The notes beneath the pieces are model-generated. The model did no database searches and had not been told where the DNA came from. It saw only the letters and a list, made by a program, of their open reading frames with translations. Of a stretch of 37,182 nt of DNA, positions 9,182 through 19,813 are shown piece after piece. A program made the translations under genes and the position numbers. The stretch is from a candidate division WOR-3 bacterium (GTDB lineage: Bacteria; SDB-A). The stretch's first letter is position 1. Every line of letters begins with the position of its first letter. The stretch lies in assembly GCA_016934535.1 (NCBI GenBank), contig JAFGSQ010000006.1:66617-103798 (forward strand), written 5' to 3'.

Positions 9182-9889
9182 TTATTTCATCAATCCAAAT
9201 GCCAAAGCGATAAAACCTGGACCGGATAAACATGCATGCAATATTATTGCCGTCCATGTATTATGTGTTTTTTGAGCAATAAAAGGAACGATTATTAATG
9301 TTGGTAAAAGAATGATCAAATTTCCTAATCCGAAAGCAAGATGAAATAAACCCCACAAAAACGCATTGAGCAACCAAGCGGATTTTCCAATTTTTCTTTC
9401 CATCCTCGGCAGAACGACTCCGCGCCAGACAAAATTTTCACCCAGAATATTTACGGGCCAGTATAAAGCCCAAAGAGCGAACATCCATAAATGCCCATTC
9501 GTCCATGCCTCCGCGTTCCTCGCAAAAGGGGGATTGGTATCCAGTTTCAGTAAACGGCAAAACGTAAATGCAATTCCACTGCCTACAATGATCCCCAAAA
9601 ATCCGAAAAACGTCTGTTTCAAATCATATTTTGTAAGTTTTCGAATCCTCAGCCTCTCCTTTAAGTTTTGCACTTTTCTTTCCGACAGTAAAATCAGTAT
9701 TCCTCCTGTAATAACAGGTACAAATATCATGGGTACGGATAAAATCATCCACGCACAAAGATTATTGACTTTGCGTTCGCTCAAAATCGGAACAGCCAGG
9801 TAAATGGTTATATATTGAAGCAGGCTTCCGATAATAAATATTGATGCATCTGGTATAAGCTTATATAGATTTTTGTCTTTACCAATCAT
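9182..9889 (-). CDS. CPBP (CAAX/Abi) family intramembrane protease-like protein
   Basis: Multi-TM; GENFVWRG, WGLFH and IILH motifs (variant of EExxxR/FxxxH/HxxxN). Confidence 0.78.
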   Translation of the reverse strand: MIGKDKNLYKLIPDASIFIIGSLLQYITIYLAVPILSERKVNNLCAWMILSVPMIFVPVITGGILILLSERKVQNLKERLRIRKLTKYDLKQTFFGFLGIIVGSGIAFTFCRLLKLDTNPPFARNAEAWTNGHLWMFALWALYWPVNILGENFVWRGVVLPRMERKIGKSAWLLNAFLWGLFHLAFGLGNLIILLPTLIIVPFIAQKTHNTWTAIILHACLSGPGFIALAFGLMK

Positions 9890-9991
9890 AATTTACAAAA
9901 CTTAGTTTCCATATTTTGCAAAAGTTGAGAAAAAGTTTAACATTCTGAAATTAATAGGCGAGAATCTTTTCTCTTTCTTTCAGTTCAAAAA

Positions 9992-10318
9992 TCATTGTTT
10001 TTTATTGAGCTTTGAAACAGCGGAAATAACTTCTTTTGTTACGTCTTTACCGCCTTTGCCGTTCAGATACAGGCTTTGTATTGTGTAAATCGGCCCCCAC
10101 GGAATTCCCCACCAGCCGAAAAGCCAGGTCAACAGTGAATACTTGAAAGAATATTTTATTTTCTTTTCGTTTCCCCTGACGAAATAAATCGCCGACACTC
10201 GTTTAAACGTTAGAATAACGATGGATACGCAGTACTGAAAAACAAGAAATTTCCCTCCGGCTGCAATTTCTCTCAAAAGGTCTTCTCCGCTAAAACCATC
10301 GATATTTTTAAATTTCAT
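9992..10318 (-). CDS. Conserved hypothetical membrane protein
   Basis: AGGAG SD; GGKF..FQYCVS and GWWGIPWGPIYT motifs. Confidence 0.75.
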   Translation of the reverse strand: MKFKNIDGFSGEDLLREIAAGGKFLVFQYCVSIVILTFKRVSAIYFVRGNEKKIKYSFKYSLLTWLFGWWGIPWGPIYTIQSLYLNGKGGKDVTKEVISAVSKLNKKQ

Positions 10319-10355
10319 GTTGACTCCTGCTTAATATATGCATTTTGTTACCTAA

Positions 10356-11147
10356 TTATTCATCAATGAATGATCCCTTTTGAATGTTCTGCGATATGTC
10401 GCTCAGAAACCTCGCCATTGGTGAACCGTCTATAACGTCGTGATCCATGAGAATCGTCATGTTGAGAATTTCTCTTATTTGGATATTGTCGCCTACTACG
10501 ACCGGTTTCTTTGTAATAGTGCTTATTCCGAAGCAAATCGGATGCACCGATACGGGAATGAACCATCCCGTTACATTTCCCATCATACCTATCGAAGTGA
10601 AAGCGACGTTCCCCATTTTCGAGTAAGCAGTTTTGGGATGCTTTAAAACGTAATTCCAGAAAAACCTTCGGGCAAAACCCGGCAGGACATAGTAAATGCG
10701 TTCATAGAAACTTGTCTTTCTCTGTAGGACGATGTCTTTTTCAGTAACTATTCTATCTTTCGCTTCGCTTATCTGCTCGGTTATGGATTCGACGTTCCTT
10801 TTATCTGCCTTTTCAATTATCAAAGGAACCGGAACTTTTTGTCCTAAGATTTCCTTCTCGACTATTAAAGAGACATTTATATCTTCAAAAATCCGGGCAC
10901 TGCATTTTCCTTCCAAATATGAAGCAGCCAGTTCGTATTCTTTTATCGTCTTGGATATCACTTTTATCAACCATGCCGTGAAAGAGATTCTACCTCTTTC
11001 CCGTTTATACTTTTTGATTTTCTCTCTTCCCGCCGTGACGTCAACTTCGATGAGTGCAGCAATGTGGTGCTTCTGCAGGCCGACCGAACATATGTCTATC
11101 GTGGCTATTCTCGTCTTGGGAAATCTGTGAATTTTCGATTTCGGCAT
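10356..11147 (-). CDS. Stand-alone 2-oxoacid dehydrogenase E2-like acyltransferase catalytic domain
   Basis: C-terminal DHDVIDG (E2 DHRxxDG-like); no lipoyl domain. Confidence 0.78.
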   Translation of the reverse strand: MPKSKIHRFPKTRIATIDICSVGLQKHHIAALIEVDVTAGREKIKKYKRERGRISFTAWLIKVISKTIKEYELAASYLEGKCSARIFEDINVSLIVEKEILGQKVPVPLIIEKADKRNVESITEQISEAKDRIVTEKDIVLQRKTSFYERIYYVLPGFARRFFWNYVLKHPKTAYSKMGNVAFTSIGMMGNVTGWFIPVSVHPICFGISTITKKPVVVGDNIQIREILNMTILMDHDVIDGSPMARFLSDISQNIQKGSFIDE

Positions 11148-11187
11148 ATTTATTTTAAAGTTTTAACACTGAAATTTGTTGTTGCCG

Positions 11188-12831
11188 TTATTTTGTCAGA
11201 ACCAGCAAATAATTCCGTGTCTCTATTCCGCAAGTCAAACGGCAGACGTACTGGCCGGGAGGAAGATCGGAGCCGTCAATAATCGTTTCATGACTTCCGG
11301 GACCGTATATCTGTCCGTTCAAGAGACGTCTTACTTCCCTGCCCGTAAGATCGTACAAACTCAAACCGACCGATGAGATTTCGGACAGACAGAACCTTAT
11401 CACTGCCTTTTCTCTGAGAGGATTCGGAAAGCTTTCAAAATCCAAAATACCTTCAGACAATACAGGCTCTTCCTCGACATCTGTCGAGACATTTTCAAAT
11501 ATCACCAGATTGCCCGGATCGCTTGTCGTCCACCATACAGCTTCACCTTTTCCGTCGCTATCGAAATCTGATCCGAGAAGTCTTAAGCCGCTTTGACCCA
11601 CGGCAGTAGTTCCCAACTCCCAGTAAATTTCGAGGCTGTCGTCGCCTGCGTACTGGAATATCTGTGTATAGTTGGGTACCTGGCACATCAGCTCGTTAAA
11701 GCCGTCGCCGTCTATGTCTCCCGTCACAACTCCGCCATTGACGATTCCGGATGTTCGTTGATGTGTCCAAACGAGCTGAAAAGAATCATTGCCCGCCGAC
11801 TCGTACACCAAAAAAGACCACACCGCTGTAGGGAACCCTTCTCCTCCCGCGACTACAAAATCCCCTTTTCCGTCTCTGTCGAGGTCCGGGCCTGAAGTCA
11901 CCCAATAAAGATTGTTGGTCGGAATACTGTAATCGCTCCATACTTCCTGGTATTGATTGTCACCCGTACATTCTATTACATGAATGGATCCGACATTGTC
12001 GCCTGCTACGACCAGCACTATTTCTCTATTCCCGTCCCCGTCAAAATCTCCCGTTGCAAACTGACCGCATACATCGTAATACCCATAGCTAAGCGTATAA
12101 ACCTGTACAAAACTGTTGTCTCCGTTGTTTTCCCAAATGGACAGAAGACAATCGTGGTTTCCCTGACTCACGCCTATATATTCCCTGTAGCCATCCTCGT
12201 CGAGATCATCCATCAACATGTAATTGACACCGATGTTGTTTTCAGGCAAAACCAGAACGACAGAATCAGGGTATAATCCGGCTCCGCGGGACTCTACAAA
12301 AAACAGATCCCGGGGTACGCCGCTTGTTCCTGTTCCAAAGACCATTTCCGGTTTTCCGTCTTCATCTCCGTCGCCAGCACATAAAAAATATGTAAAATAT
12401 GATCCCACCGGGTTCGGATATACGAATGCGCATTCAAACTGATTGTCGGACAGTGACTTATAGACGTATGTCGTTTCGCCCCAATTGCTGTAGACAAGAT
12501 TATCCTGTCCGTCGCTGTTGAGGTCGTATACACGCAATTGTCCAGCAGAAAAAACATTGCCCGGGCACTGCCACTGGGCTATCAGAGTTAGGACTCCATC
12601 TGTTGTGAAATCACGTCCGGCATCTTCCATTGTTTGAGCCTGGCATGCTCCTTTTGCCTGCCATTTCAAAATTTCTCCACTCCAAAACGACCAATCAATT
12701 GAATCTGTCTTCAAAGTATATTGACGTTCGTCTATAATTATTTCACTGTTGCCGAGCGTGTTAGAATTCAAATTAACTTTCATGAAGGCTAAAACAAAAA
12801 CAATAACCGAAAATATTCTCAGCGCTTTCAT
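11188..12831 (-). CDS. Secreted FG-GAP/VCBS repeat protein with C-terminal sorting (T9SS-A/FlgD-Ig-like) domain
   Basis: Signal peptide; repeated DxDxDG..E motifs; C-terminal FPNP...LYDLTGR..L.PGQY. Confidence 0.82.
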   Translation of the reverse strand: MKALRIFSVIVFVLAFMKVNLNSNTLGNSEIIIDERQYTLKTDSIDWSFWSGEILKWQAKGACQAQTMEDAGRDFTTDGVLTLIAQWQCPGNVFSAGQLRVYDLNSDGQDNLVYSNWGETTYVYKSLSDNQFECAFVYPNPVGSYFTYFLCAGDGDEDGKPEMVFGTGTSGVPRDLFFVESRGAGLYPDSVVLVLPENNIGVNYMLMDDLDEDGYREYIGVSQGNHDCLLSIWENNGDNSFVQVYTLSYGYYDVCGQFATGDFDGDGNREIVLVVAGDNVGSIHVIECTGDNQYQEVWSDYSIPTNNLYWVTSGPDLDRDGKGDFVVAGGEGFPTAVWSFLVYESAGNDSFQLVWTHQRTSGIVNGGVVTGDIDGDGFNELMCQVPNYTQIFQYAGDDSLEIYWELGTTAVGQSGLRLLGSDFDSDGKGEAVWWTTSDPGNLVIFENVSTDVEEEPVLSEGILDFESFPNPLREKAVIRFCLSEISSVGLSLYDLTGREVRRLLNGQIYGPGSHETIIDGSDLPPGQYVCRLTCGIETRNYLLVLTK

Positions 12832-12929
12832 AAAAACCTCTCTTTAACAGGTGACATGTATAAATCTACCTGAACCTTTTCACATTTCATAGAAATTTCA
12901 AAATTAAATATCTTTATCATTCGCCCTCT

Positions 12930-14066
12930 TCATATTACTGTCAGGGCTTCATCCATGCTTTGAAGAAAAAAATCCACATCATCTAAGGTGATTGTCAGGG
13001 CAGGGTCCAGCCTCAAAACTTCAAAGTCCGGCCTTTTTACGAGAATTATTTTTTTCTCTATCAATTTTTCAAAAACATGATTTGCGTAAAAGTGCCTTTC
13101 TTCAAATTCAACAGCAATCATCAATCCTCTTCCCCTGACCTCTTTTATCTTTCCATGCCTGAACTTAATGACGTCAATTTCATCTTTTATCTTCTTTCCA
13201 ATGGATCTGCTCCTTGATAAAAGGTCTTCATTTTCAATAACTTCAATCACTTTGCCTGCCACTGCCGCTCCGAGCGGGTCGTTTTGATGAGACTGGGAAT
13301 GATGAAAGCTTTTTAAATCGATCCTTTTTATAATTTCATCGGAAATCGCAACACTGCTTACGGGATATCCGTTTCCGAGACCCTTGCCCATGGCGACTAT
13401 ATCGGGGACTATTCCGTAGTGTTCACAACCAAACCAATAACCGGTTCTTCCAATTCCTGTGGTGACCTCATTTGCTATTACCATCCCGCCGTTTTCCCTC
13501 ACCTTAGATGTTATTTCTGATATCAGTTCGTTTGGCGGGAAACCGACCAGTCCCATTGAACTGCCCGGTTCAAATACAAAAGCGGATATTTTTCCGAAAT
13601 CAATTTCATCAATTTTTTGACCGTTCATCCAATCGAAATTTATCCATTGTTTTGAACATCTCTCTCCTGTTGTTCCAAATGCCGACAGGTAGCAATTCTT
13701 CATCGTAAGTAAATACGGTTTATTCGATATGCTTTTGGCTAGTTTAACTGAAAACTCGACCGCTTCGCTTCCTGAACTTAGAAACACGCATTTTCCGGAA
13801 TTAAGTTTTGTTATTTCAAGTATTTTTCCTGCTGTTTGATCTATTACTGGATCGAGATAGCAGTAACCCGTGTGAATAATTTTACCCGCCTGTTCGGAGA
13901 TGATTTTTGTAATATCCGGATGACAGTGTCCAAGCGGCATGCACCAGATACCGGATTCGAGATCCAAATATCTGTTTCCATGGGAATCGAAAACCGAACA
14001 ATTCTCAGCCCTCACTATATTTTTAAACAACAGTTCATGGCCTGTTGTATTGAGAATATTTTTCAA
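12930..14066 (-). CDS. Class III PLP-dependent aminotransferase
   Basis: SGSEAVE, NEVTTGIGRTG, PDIVAMGKGLGNG, VRGRGLM. Confidence 0.88.
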   Translation of the reverse strand: MKNILNTTGHELLFKNIVRAENCSVFDSHGNRYLDLESGIWCMPLGHCHPDITKIISEQAGKIIHTGYCYLDPVIDQTAGKILEITKLNSGKCVFLSSGSEAVEFSVKLAKSISNKPYLLTMKNCYLSAFGTTGERCSKQWINFDWMNGQKIDEIDFGKISAFVFEPGSSMGLVGFPPNELISEITSKVRENGGMVIANEVTTGIGRTGYWFGCEHYGIVPDIVAMGKGLGNGYPVSSVAISDEIIKRIDLKSFHHSQSHQNDPLGAAVAGKVIEVIENEDLLSRSRSIGKKIKDEIDVIKFRHGKIKEVRGRGLMIAVEFEERHFYANHVFEKLIEKKIILVKRPDFEVLRLDPALTITLDDVDFFLQSMDEALTVI

Positions 14067-14100
14067 AAAACCGCCTTATTAAATGTATTAAACCTGACAA

Positions 14101-15195
14101 TCACTGTCTTTCCGTGCAAAAAGCATTTGTCTGCCATGCAATTTTTCTGACAATGTCATCGTGTTGAAAGAGCATACAGTTCTTTAGAGGGTTTTCTTTA
14201 TCGTGAAAAGTATTCCTCAACTGTTTGAAAAATTCAGAATTTAATATATCAAGAATGGATTTATCCCTTATATTGTCAACGGCATAGTGTGAAAACGGGC
14301 ATGGTTCGACATTGCCATTTGCGTTTATGTGAATGAAACCGTTTCCGGCTGACATGCACCCCGGTTTTTTGTACTCGTCTTCCGGGAAACTGAAAAAAGT
14401 AATCCCCGCCCTTTTATTAAGCTTCTGTATCTTCATTCTCTTTATTTTTATATCGTCTTCATCAAGTATCAATTCCCCGCGAAACGTCTTCGGCATAGGA
14501 ATATAATCTATAATAAATCCAAATTTCGCGCCGAACCTTAGAAGAGAATCCGCATATTTATATGACAGAACATCATTCAAATTTTTATGTGTAATCATGC
14601 AAGAGAAGCCGAAAGCGACATTATTCTCTTTGAAAAGAGACAAGGCTTTTGACACTTTCTCACCCATACCAAAACCTCTTCTGTGATCTATATATGAATC
14701 ATCTCCGTCCCAGGAGAGAACAGGTATAATATTTCTTGCTTTCTTTATTCTAATCGTCTTTTCACGATCTAACAGCGATCCGTTTGTAAAAAGAAAAAAC
14801 AGAATGTCTTTCTTTTCAGACAGCTTCTCAACCAAGCTCGGAAACAACAAAGGCTCTCCTCCAACGACGATAAATATGTAAATTCCCAGGTCTTTCGCTT
14901 GTTCCAGAATTCTTTCAACATCATTCATTTCGATTTGGTTTTCTTTGGGATAATGCCTGGCGTAACATCCAAGACAGTTCAAATTGCACTTCCATGTCAC
15001 GGATAAAATGCACACGTGAGGAACTGGTGTATTATAAGCCTCTTGTTTCTTTCTTCTTCTTCTCTCTCCAAGAAAGACGGTAATCAAGACAGTTAGAGTT
15101 TTGCACAGCAAATATAAATCAGGAGGAAAATCCTTTGTAAAAAATTTTCTCGTCGCTAAAAAGAAATAATTATATGAATTGATTTTTTTTTTCAT
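14101..15195 (-). CDS. Radical SAM protein with SPASM/twitch-like C-terminus
   Basis: CNLNCLGC; GGEP; C.AG...HINANGNVEPCPF. Confidence 0.88.
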   Translation of the reverse strand: MKKKINSYNYFFLATRKFFTKDFPPDLYLLCKTLTVLITVFLGERRRRKKQEAYNTPVPHVCILSVTWKCNLNCLGCYARHYPKENQIEMNDVERILEQAKDLGIYIFIVVGGEPLLFPSLVEKLSEKKDILFFLFTNGSLLDREKTIRIKKARNIIPVLSWDGDDSYIDHRRGFGMGEKVSKALSLFKENNVAFGFSCMITHKNLNDVLSYKYADSLLRFGAKFGFIIDYIPMPKTFRGELILDEDDIKIKRMKIQKLNKRAGITFFSFPEDEYKKPGCMSAGNGFIHINANGNVEPCPFSHYAVDNIRDKSILDILNSEFFKQLRNTFHDKENPLKNCMLFQHDDIVRKIAWQTNAFCTERQ

Positions 15196-15314
15196 AAATT
15201 CAAGATTGTTTTTTTACTTTTTCAAACACTCAATTAATGCCTCTTAATCCAAAATCGCAACACCTATACCGATTGATTAAAATTTGTTTGTCCAATTAGT
15301 GTTCTTACGATTCA

Positions 15315-15734
15315 TTATTCTATCAAAAAAGTTTCTGATTTAAAATTGCTGTAATATCGCCCTTTATGGGCGGTAAATTTCAGCACACAATAATCCGGAT
15401 CTGAAACTCCTTTTGAATAATAGATCTCATCGCCTTCTCTCCAAATCATCTTTTTGCTTCTGGAATCATGCATAACCTTCATTTCTCCTATTAGCATGAC
15501 GCCTTTATAAAACTTTTTATCATAAAAATAAACACACGCCTTGGGATTTGATGTATACTGTTCCACTCTCATGGAAGATGTATTCGTAGTCAGATATATT
15601 TCCTTAATACCTTTTCTTTTTCTAGGAGACAGCATGGCTTTCATGTTCGGAAAACCATCTTTGTCTATCGAACCGATAATTGTGACGCTGGATTTATCAA
15701 TTATGTTACCAATTGTCTCTTCAGCATTTTTCAT
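15315..15734 (-). CDS. Pyridoxamine 5'-phosphate oxidase family (general stress protein 26-like)
   Basis: GFP..M, TNTSS, NPKACVYF, YYSKGVSDPDY; AGGAGG SD. Confidence 0.83.
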   Translation of the reverse strand: MKNAEETIGNIIDKSSVTIIGSIDKDGFPNMKAMLSPRKRKGIKEIYLTTNTSSMRVEQYTSNPKACVYFYDKKFYKGVMLIGEMKVMHDSRSKKMIWREGDEIYYSKGVSDPDYCVLKFTAHKGRYYSNFKSETFLIE

Positions 15735-15841
15735 TGAGTCCTCCTGAAATTATTTATTATCACAGTTGCCTCTTTTATTTGTTCAGCCGGCAATATAGAT
15801 TTTGCACAAATCGTTTTATCTCGCAAACGTTTTTATTATCA

Positions 15842-16432
15842 TCATTTCAGGCCAAGTTTTTTGTTTTCTTTCAACAATTGTACGGATTCTTTTAATCTTT
15901 TACGCCTGGTATCTTCCTTTTTTGCGCTTGTTATCCAATATATGAAATTTCTTTGATATGTCGGGGCAAGTTTGGTGAAATTCTCCAGAGCCGGCTGGTT
16001 TTTCTTGAACTCTTCAACGACAAAAACAGGCGCGGAAAATTCATTTCGGGGTTTTTCAGATGTTTTCTTACTTTTCAAAATGACTTTGCCGCCTTTTATG
16101 AACGATTCTATTTTTCTCAGACCGGCCTCTGTCATTTCACCTCTGTCTATTAGAGAGGCTACCATCTTTTTGTTGACTGAAGACCAATTAGCCGTGTTTG
16201 TCCTCGGAGTGAATTTTCTTACATATTTTTCTTCGTCGATTCTTTTGACAATGCTGTCAATCCATCCCCAGCAGAGAGCAGTTTCGAGTGCATCCCTGTA
16301 TTCTATACATTCCATATTTGTGTGCTTTTTATAGAAAATGATCCAGACGCCCGGGCTATTGTCGTAATATTTTTTAAGCCAATTCAGAAAGGCAATTTTA
16401 TCGGGAAAATATATCTGTTCGAGTTCTTTCAC
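15842..16432 (-). CDS. YdeI/OmpD-associated family protein
   Basis: ALCWGWIDS, FTPR...WS..NK, WITSAKKEDTR. Confidence 0.88.
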   Translation of the reverse strand: MKELEQIYFPDKIAFLNWLKKYYDNSPGVWIIFYKKHTNMECIEYRDALETALCWGWIDSIVKRIDEEKYVRKFTPRTNTANWSSVNKKMVASLIDRGEMTEAGLRKIESFIKGGKVILKSKKTSEKPRNEFSAPVFVVEEFKKNQPALENFTKLAPTYQRNFIYWITSAKKEDTRRKRLKESVQLLKENKKLGLK

Positions 16433-16488
16433 GTCTTTTGAAAATCATCATAAGCAATGATGTATTTAGATTTCGATATTTTCATAAC

Positions 16489-17775
16489 TTATATTTTAAT
16501 TCCTATGCCTGTCCTGAACAGAACAGTTGCGTCCAGCTGATAACCTTCCATAAAACCTACGGATTTGTATCCAAGTTCTAGAACTGCTGAAATAGGGTAG
16601 TCTGTTTCCGTAAAGTCATAATAGCCTCTAACAGAAAACGCTCCACCGACGCCTCCGCCTTTTTCAATACCCGGAATGCTGTCAAACCTGAGATCGGGTT
16701 GCTTCCAAAGATCCAGATTTAAGTCTGCAGAAAATCTGTCGCGCGAGTAGATATTCCGAAAAACGACTCCGAAGCCTCCCCAAGATTTGTAAAATGTGTG
16801 GTCTCCAATTCTCAAATCCATCAATAAAATTCTGTGTCCGATACTGAGATAGTTTTCCAGATGGTATTCAAGACCAAAAGGAGTCAATCCTGTTCTGACG
16901 ACAGGAACATACTCGATTTTTCCGAAACGGATGGCCGGAAAACCGCTTGAAACATTACCGTCCCACAGATATGTCTTCAATCCGATGAAGAGAGCAAAAA
17001 CGACAAAAGGATTGATCATGTCGAGCCGGGACATGGATTTCAGTTTCTCGACAGTAAACAGCGGAACAGCGGGATCGGAATAGCCCATAACTTCGTTGAG
17101 AATTCGTACATAAGCACGCGGGTCTGTATCCTGTACATTCTTGGTTAAATCATTTTCTGCGTCTTGAATATATCTGAACTTAATCTGCCATGACCAGAAA
17201 TATTGCATCGCCTCACGATAGTGAATTGACTTCGTCGCCATCCATCTTAGTCCGAGATTCCGGTTCAAGATGCTGTGCGCTTCGATTCCCCCCTGCCATA
17301 TTCCCAGCAGCTCGTGCTGGCTGATGATGTTTCCGGAAATACTGACCGAAGCTTCTCCTCCGCCCTTGCCGTAAGGGGGAGGCGCATCGTATGCATAATG
17401 GACATTGTCGATGCCGAATTCTCGATAGCGTGCACCGTGTCCGAAAAATTCATGAGCAAACACCACCGAAAAATAATCCACTGGAACGTCGAGTATCGCG
17501 TATTTGGCGAACCGAACCAGCAATCCTGCTGATTTACCCGGAATTGTATTCTCGTCAAACCATTTGACTTTTATTAATTCATCTTCAGTTCTCGTTATCG
17601 CAAAATGAACGGCTCCAATGTTTTCACATCCACTTATCATAGTCAGGTTTGGATCATATAAAAGGGACAGGCGCACCCGGCTATGCCGGTTTTCAAGAGA
17701 CAAATCTGGTACGGAAGACTCAACGGTAGGTGAAAATAGTATAAACGCCAGAATTATGGAAGAAAAAAGTTTCAT
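16489..17775 (-). CDS. Hypothetical exported, probably outer-membrane protein
   Basis: Signal peptide; HEFFGHG motif; C-terminal amphipathic beta-strand pattern. Confidence 0.65.
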   Translation of the reverse strand: MKLFSSIILAFILFSPTVESSVPDLSLENRHSRVRLSLLYDPNLTMISGCENIGAVHFAITRTEDELIKVKWFDENTIPGKSAGLLVRFAKYAILDVPVDYFSVVFAHEFFGHGARYREFGIDNVHYAYDAPPPYGKGGGEASVSISGNIISQHELLGIWQGGIEAHSILNRNLGLRWMATKSIHYREAMQYFWSWQIKFRYIQDAENDLTKNVQDTDPRAYVRILNEVMGYSDPAVPLFTVEKLKSMSRLDMINPFVVFALFIGLKTYLWDGNVSSGFPAIRFGKIEYVPVVRTGLTPFGLEYHLENYLSIGHRILLMDLRIGDHTFYKSWGGFGVVFRNIYSRDRFSADLNLDLWKQPDLRFDSIPGIEKGGGVGGAFSVRGYYDFTETDYPISAVLELGYKSVGFMEGYQLDATVLFRTGIGIKI

Positions 17776-18548
17776 TGATGCTCCGATAACATTCTTTTAG
17801 ATTGTGAATTTATCAATATAAAACTAATTATTGACAAGCCACCGAGAAAAACCAACATCTGTATTGTTCCGACAAAATTATTGAACAATTCAGGCTCGTT
17901 GAATCCGTGAACGATGTAATATCCAAAAAACAACATGTTCCAGGCAAGATGCAGCGCCCAGGCCCAGTAAATATGACCTGAATATATTATTAAATTGTTC
18001 CGGATGAATCCAGCCAAAAACAAATTAAAAATCGTTAAAAACGACAGATAGCCTCTGTTTTGACCAATACAAATCCTGTAAAAAAGAAGATGAAACAAAG
18101 CAAAAACAACTGCCATTATTAAAGATGCTGATATGGAATATTTTTTTGGAAATCTTCTTATTATTGGCAAAAACAGCAACGCTCCGTAAACCAGTTCTTC
18201 GTTGAACGTTTGGCCGATCGTTTGAATTATTGAAAAATGTATGGATATTTTTCTGTTGAAAAGCAAGTCTTTCTGATGGCAAATTGACATTATAATGAAA
18301 TACGATGAAATGAAAACTAGTAAAAAAATTACTATGAATACAACCAAGTCAGTGAATTTCAGCTTTAAACCGAGTTTATATGCCCATTTTTTCTGCCAAA
18401 AAAGAAGCGTCAACCCTATTATTAGAAACGAGCCTATTAAAGAAATATCGTATCCGGTGTAAGTGAACAAAATATAACTGCAGAATACAAGAAAATAATA
18501 AAGAACTGTTTTGAGTATTTTCAGGGTTTTTGCTGATGTTTTGCGCAT
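17772..18548 (-). CDS. CPBP (CAAX/Abi) family intramembrane metalloprotease
   Basis: NEELVY, FALFH and HLAWN motifs; multi-TM. Confidence 0.75.
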   Translation of the reverse strand: MRKTSAKTLKILKTVLYYFLVFCSYILFTYTGYDISLIGSFLIIGLTLLFWQKKWAYKLGLKLKFTDLVVFIVIFLLVFISSYFIIMSICHQKDLLFNRKISIHFSIIQTIGQTFNEELVYGALLFLPIIRRFPKKYSISASLIMAVVFALFHLLFYRICIGQNRGYLSFLTIFNLFLAGFIRNNLIIYSGHIYWAWALHLAWNMLFFGYYIVHGFNEPELFNNFVGTIQMLVFLGGLSIISFILINSQSKRMLSEHQ

Positions 18549-19105
18549 GTTTGAATCTTGTATATTACTTGTGTTCCATTTTCCTCCGCGCTTTTTCTGA
18601 TTACATCTTCAAAAAACCATTTGTATTCATTTTCTTTAACATCTACATATTTTTCCAAGTTGTCGTCACAAAAATTTTTTAATATTTGCATCTTGATCAA
18701 GTTGTATTTTTCAACATATTCTACGTGCTTTATAAGATAATCCCTGAACAAAATGTGACGGGTGAGTTCTCTCGCTCCTTTTACGCACACATAGAGATGG
18801 TGTCTGATCGAGTCCAGAATTTCATTGCAGGCTCCGCCTTTTCTTTTAAAAGCTTCTCTTCCTTCGATCCCCTGATCTCCGTTGTGGTTATAACCTATCA
18901 TTTCAAGTTCCCGTTTAACGGCATCAAAACTTTGAACGTCGTCTATTTCCATGTCTATGTCTATTACAGGTTTTGCGTACATTCCGGGTATTGATGTACT
19001 GCCCACGTGATACATCCGGTGATTTGATTTGACATATTCCTGTATTTCAATTCTGATTTGTTCGAACTGATAGGGCCATTTTTTGTCATATTTTTGAATA
19101 ATCAC
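18521..19105 (-). CDS. GrpB family nucleotidyltransferase-fold protein
   Basis: HVGSTSIPGMYAKPVIDID, HHLYV, FRDYL. Confidence 0.88.
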   Translation of the reverse strand: MIIQKYDKKWPYQFEQIRIEIQEYVKSNHRMYHVGSTSIPGMYAKPVIDIDMEIDDVQSFDAVKRELEMIGYNHNGDQGIEGREAFKRKGGACNEILDSIRHHLYVCVKGARELTRHILFRDYLIKHVEYVEKYNLIKMQILKNFCDDNLEKYVDVKENEYKWFFEDVIRKSAEENGTQVIYKIQTCAKHQQKP

Positions 19106-19121
19106 GACGAATCCTCAAAAA

Positions 19122-19754
19122 TCAAGGGTTTTCAAATCCGAATCTGAACCGAATCAGATATCCGTTGTCAAATTCGTAAACGGCGTTATATTGAGGCACG
19201 TTGTATCTTTCAAGAAATCCGGAACCGTTGGATTCATCTATTTTATACAAATAGATACTTGTCTCATCGAAAACGACACTGTCCGGTTCACCTTTTATTG
19301 CCCTCAGATCTCCTATAGAGATTCCCAGTTTGATGCCGTTTTCTGTTTTAAACTCGCTTTCGCGGCTTGTTTGTAATTCTCTCCCGCTGCCGTCGTTGTA
19401 TTTTATCTCAAAACCGGAAATATCTGCTCTATCAGCAGTGGTATGAAAATAAACCTTCATCCGCTGATTTCTGTCATTTGACAAGACTTCGACAGAGAAC
19501 AGTGCATTTTGGTTCAACTTATCCAAAACGTCATCACCCAAATATTCTGAAATGTTTTCAGAATTCATCAAACTTATTCCGCCTATGGAAGTGTCCGGAA
19601 TGAAAACAGGTTTTAAGGAATCCGGCAGTTGTGAATATCCGTCGTGCTCATATTTTTCAGGATACGGAATCATTTCTCTGTTATGCGGATTTTCTTTGCA
19701 GGAACTATCAAAAAGCAGGATTAACAGAATTAAAAGTATTTGAAAGTGTTTCAT
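19122..19754 (-). CDS. Hypothetical lipoprotein
   Basis: MKH + hydrophobic stretch + lipobox-like SSC. Confidence 0.65.
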   Translation of the reverse strand: MKHFQILLILLILLFDSSCKENPHNREMIPYPEKYEHDGYSQLPDSLKPVFIPDTSIGGISLMNSENISEYLGDDVLDKLNQNALFSVEVLSNDRNQRMKVYFHTTADRADISGFEIKYNDGSGRELQTSRESEFKTENGIKLGISIGDLRAIKGEPDSVVFDETSIYLYKIDESNGSGFLERYNVPQYNAVYEFDNGYLIRFRFGFENP

Positions 19755-19813
19755 TATCCTTTAATATTGAATATTCTTCATATTGTCAAGAGTATCATCT
19801 TATAAAAATATTT

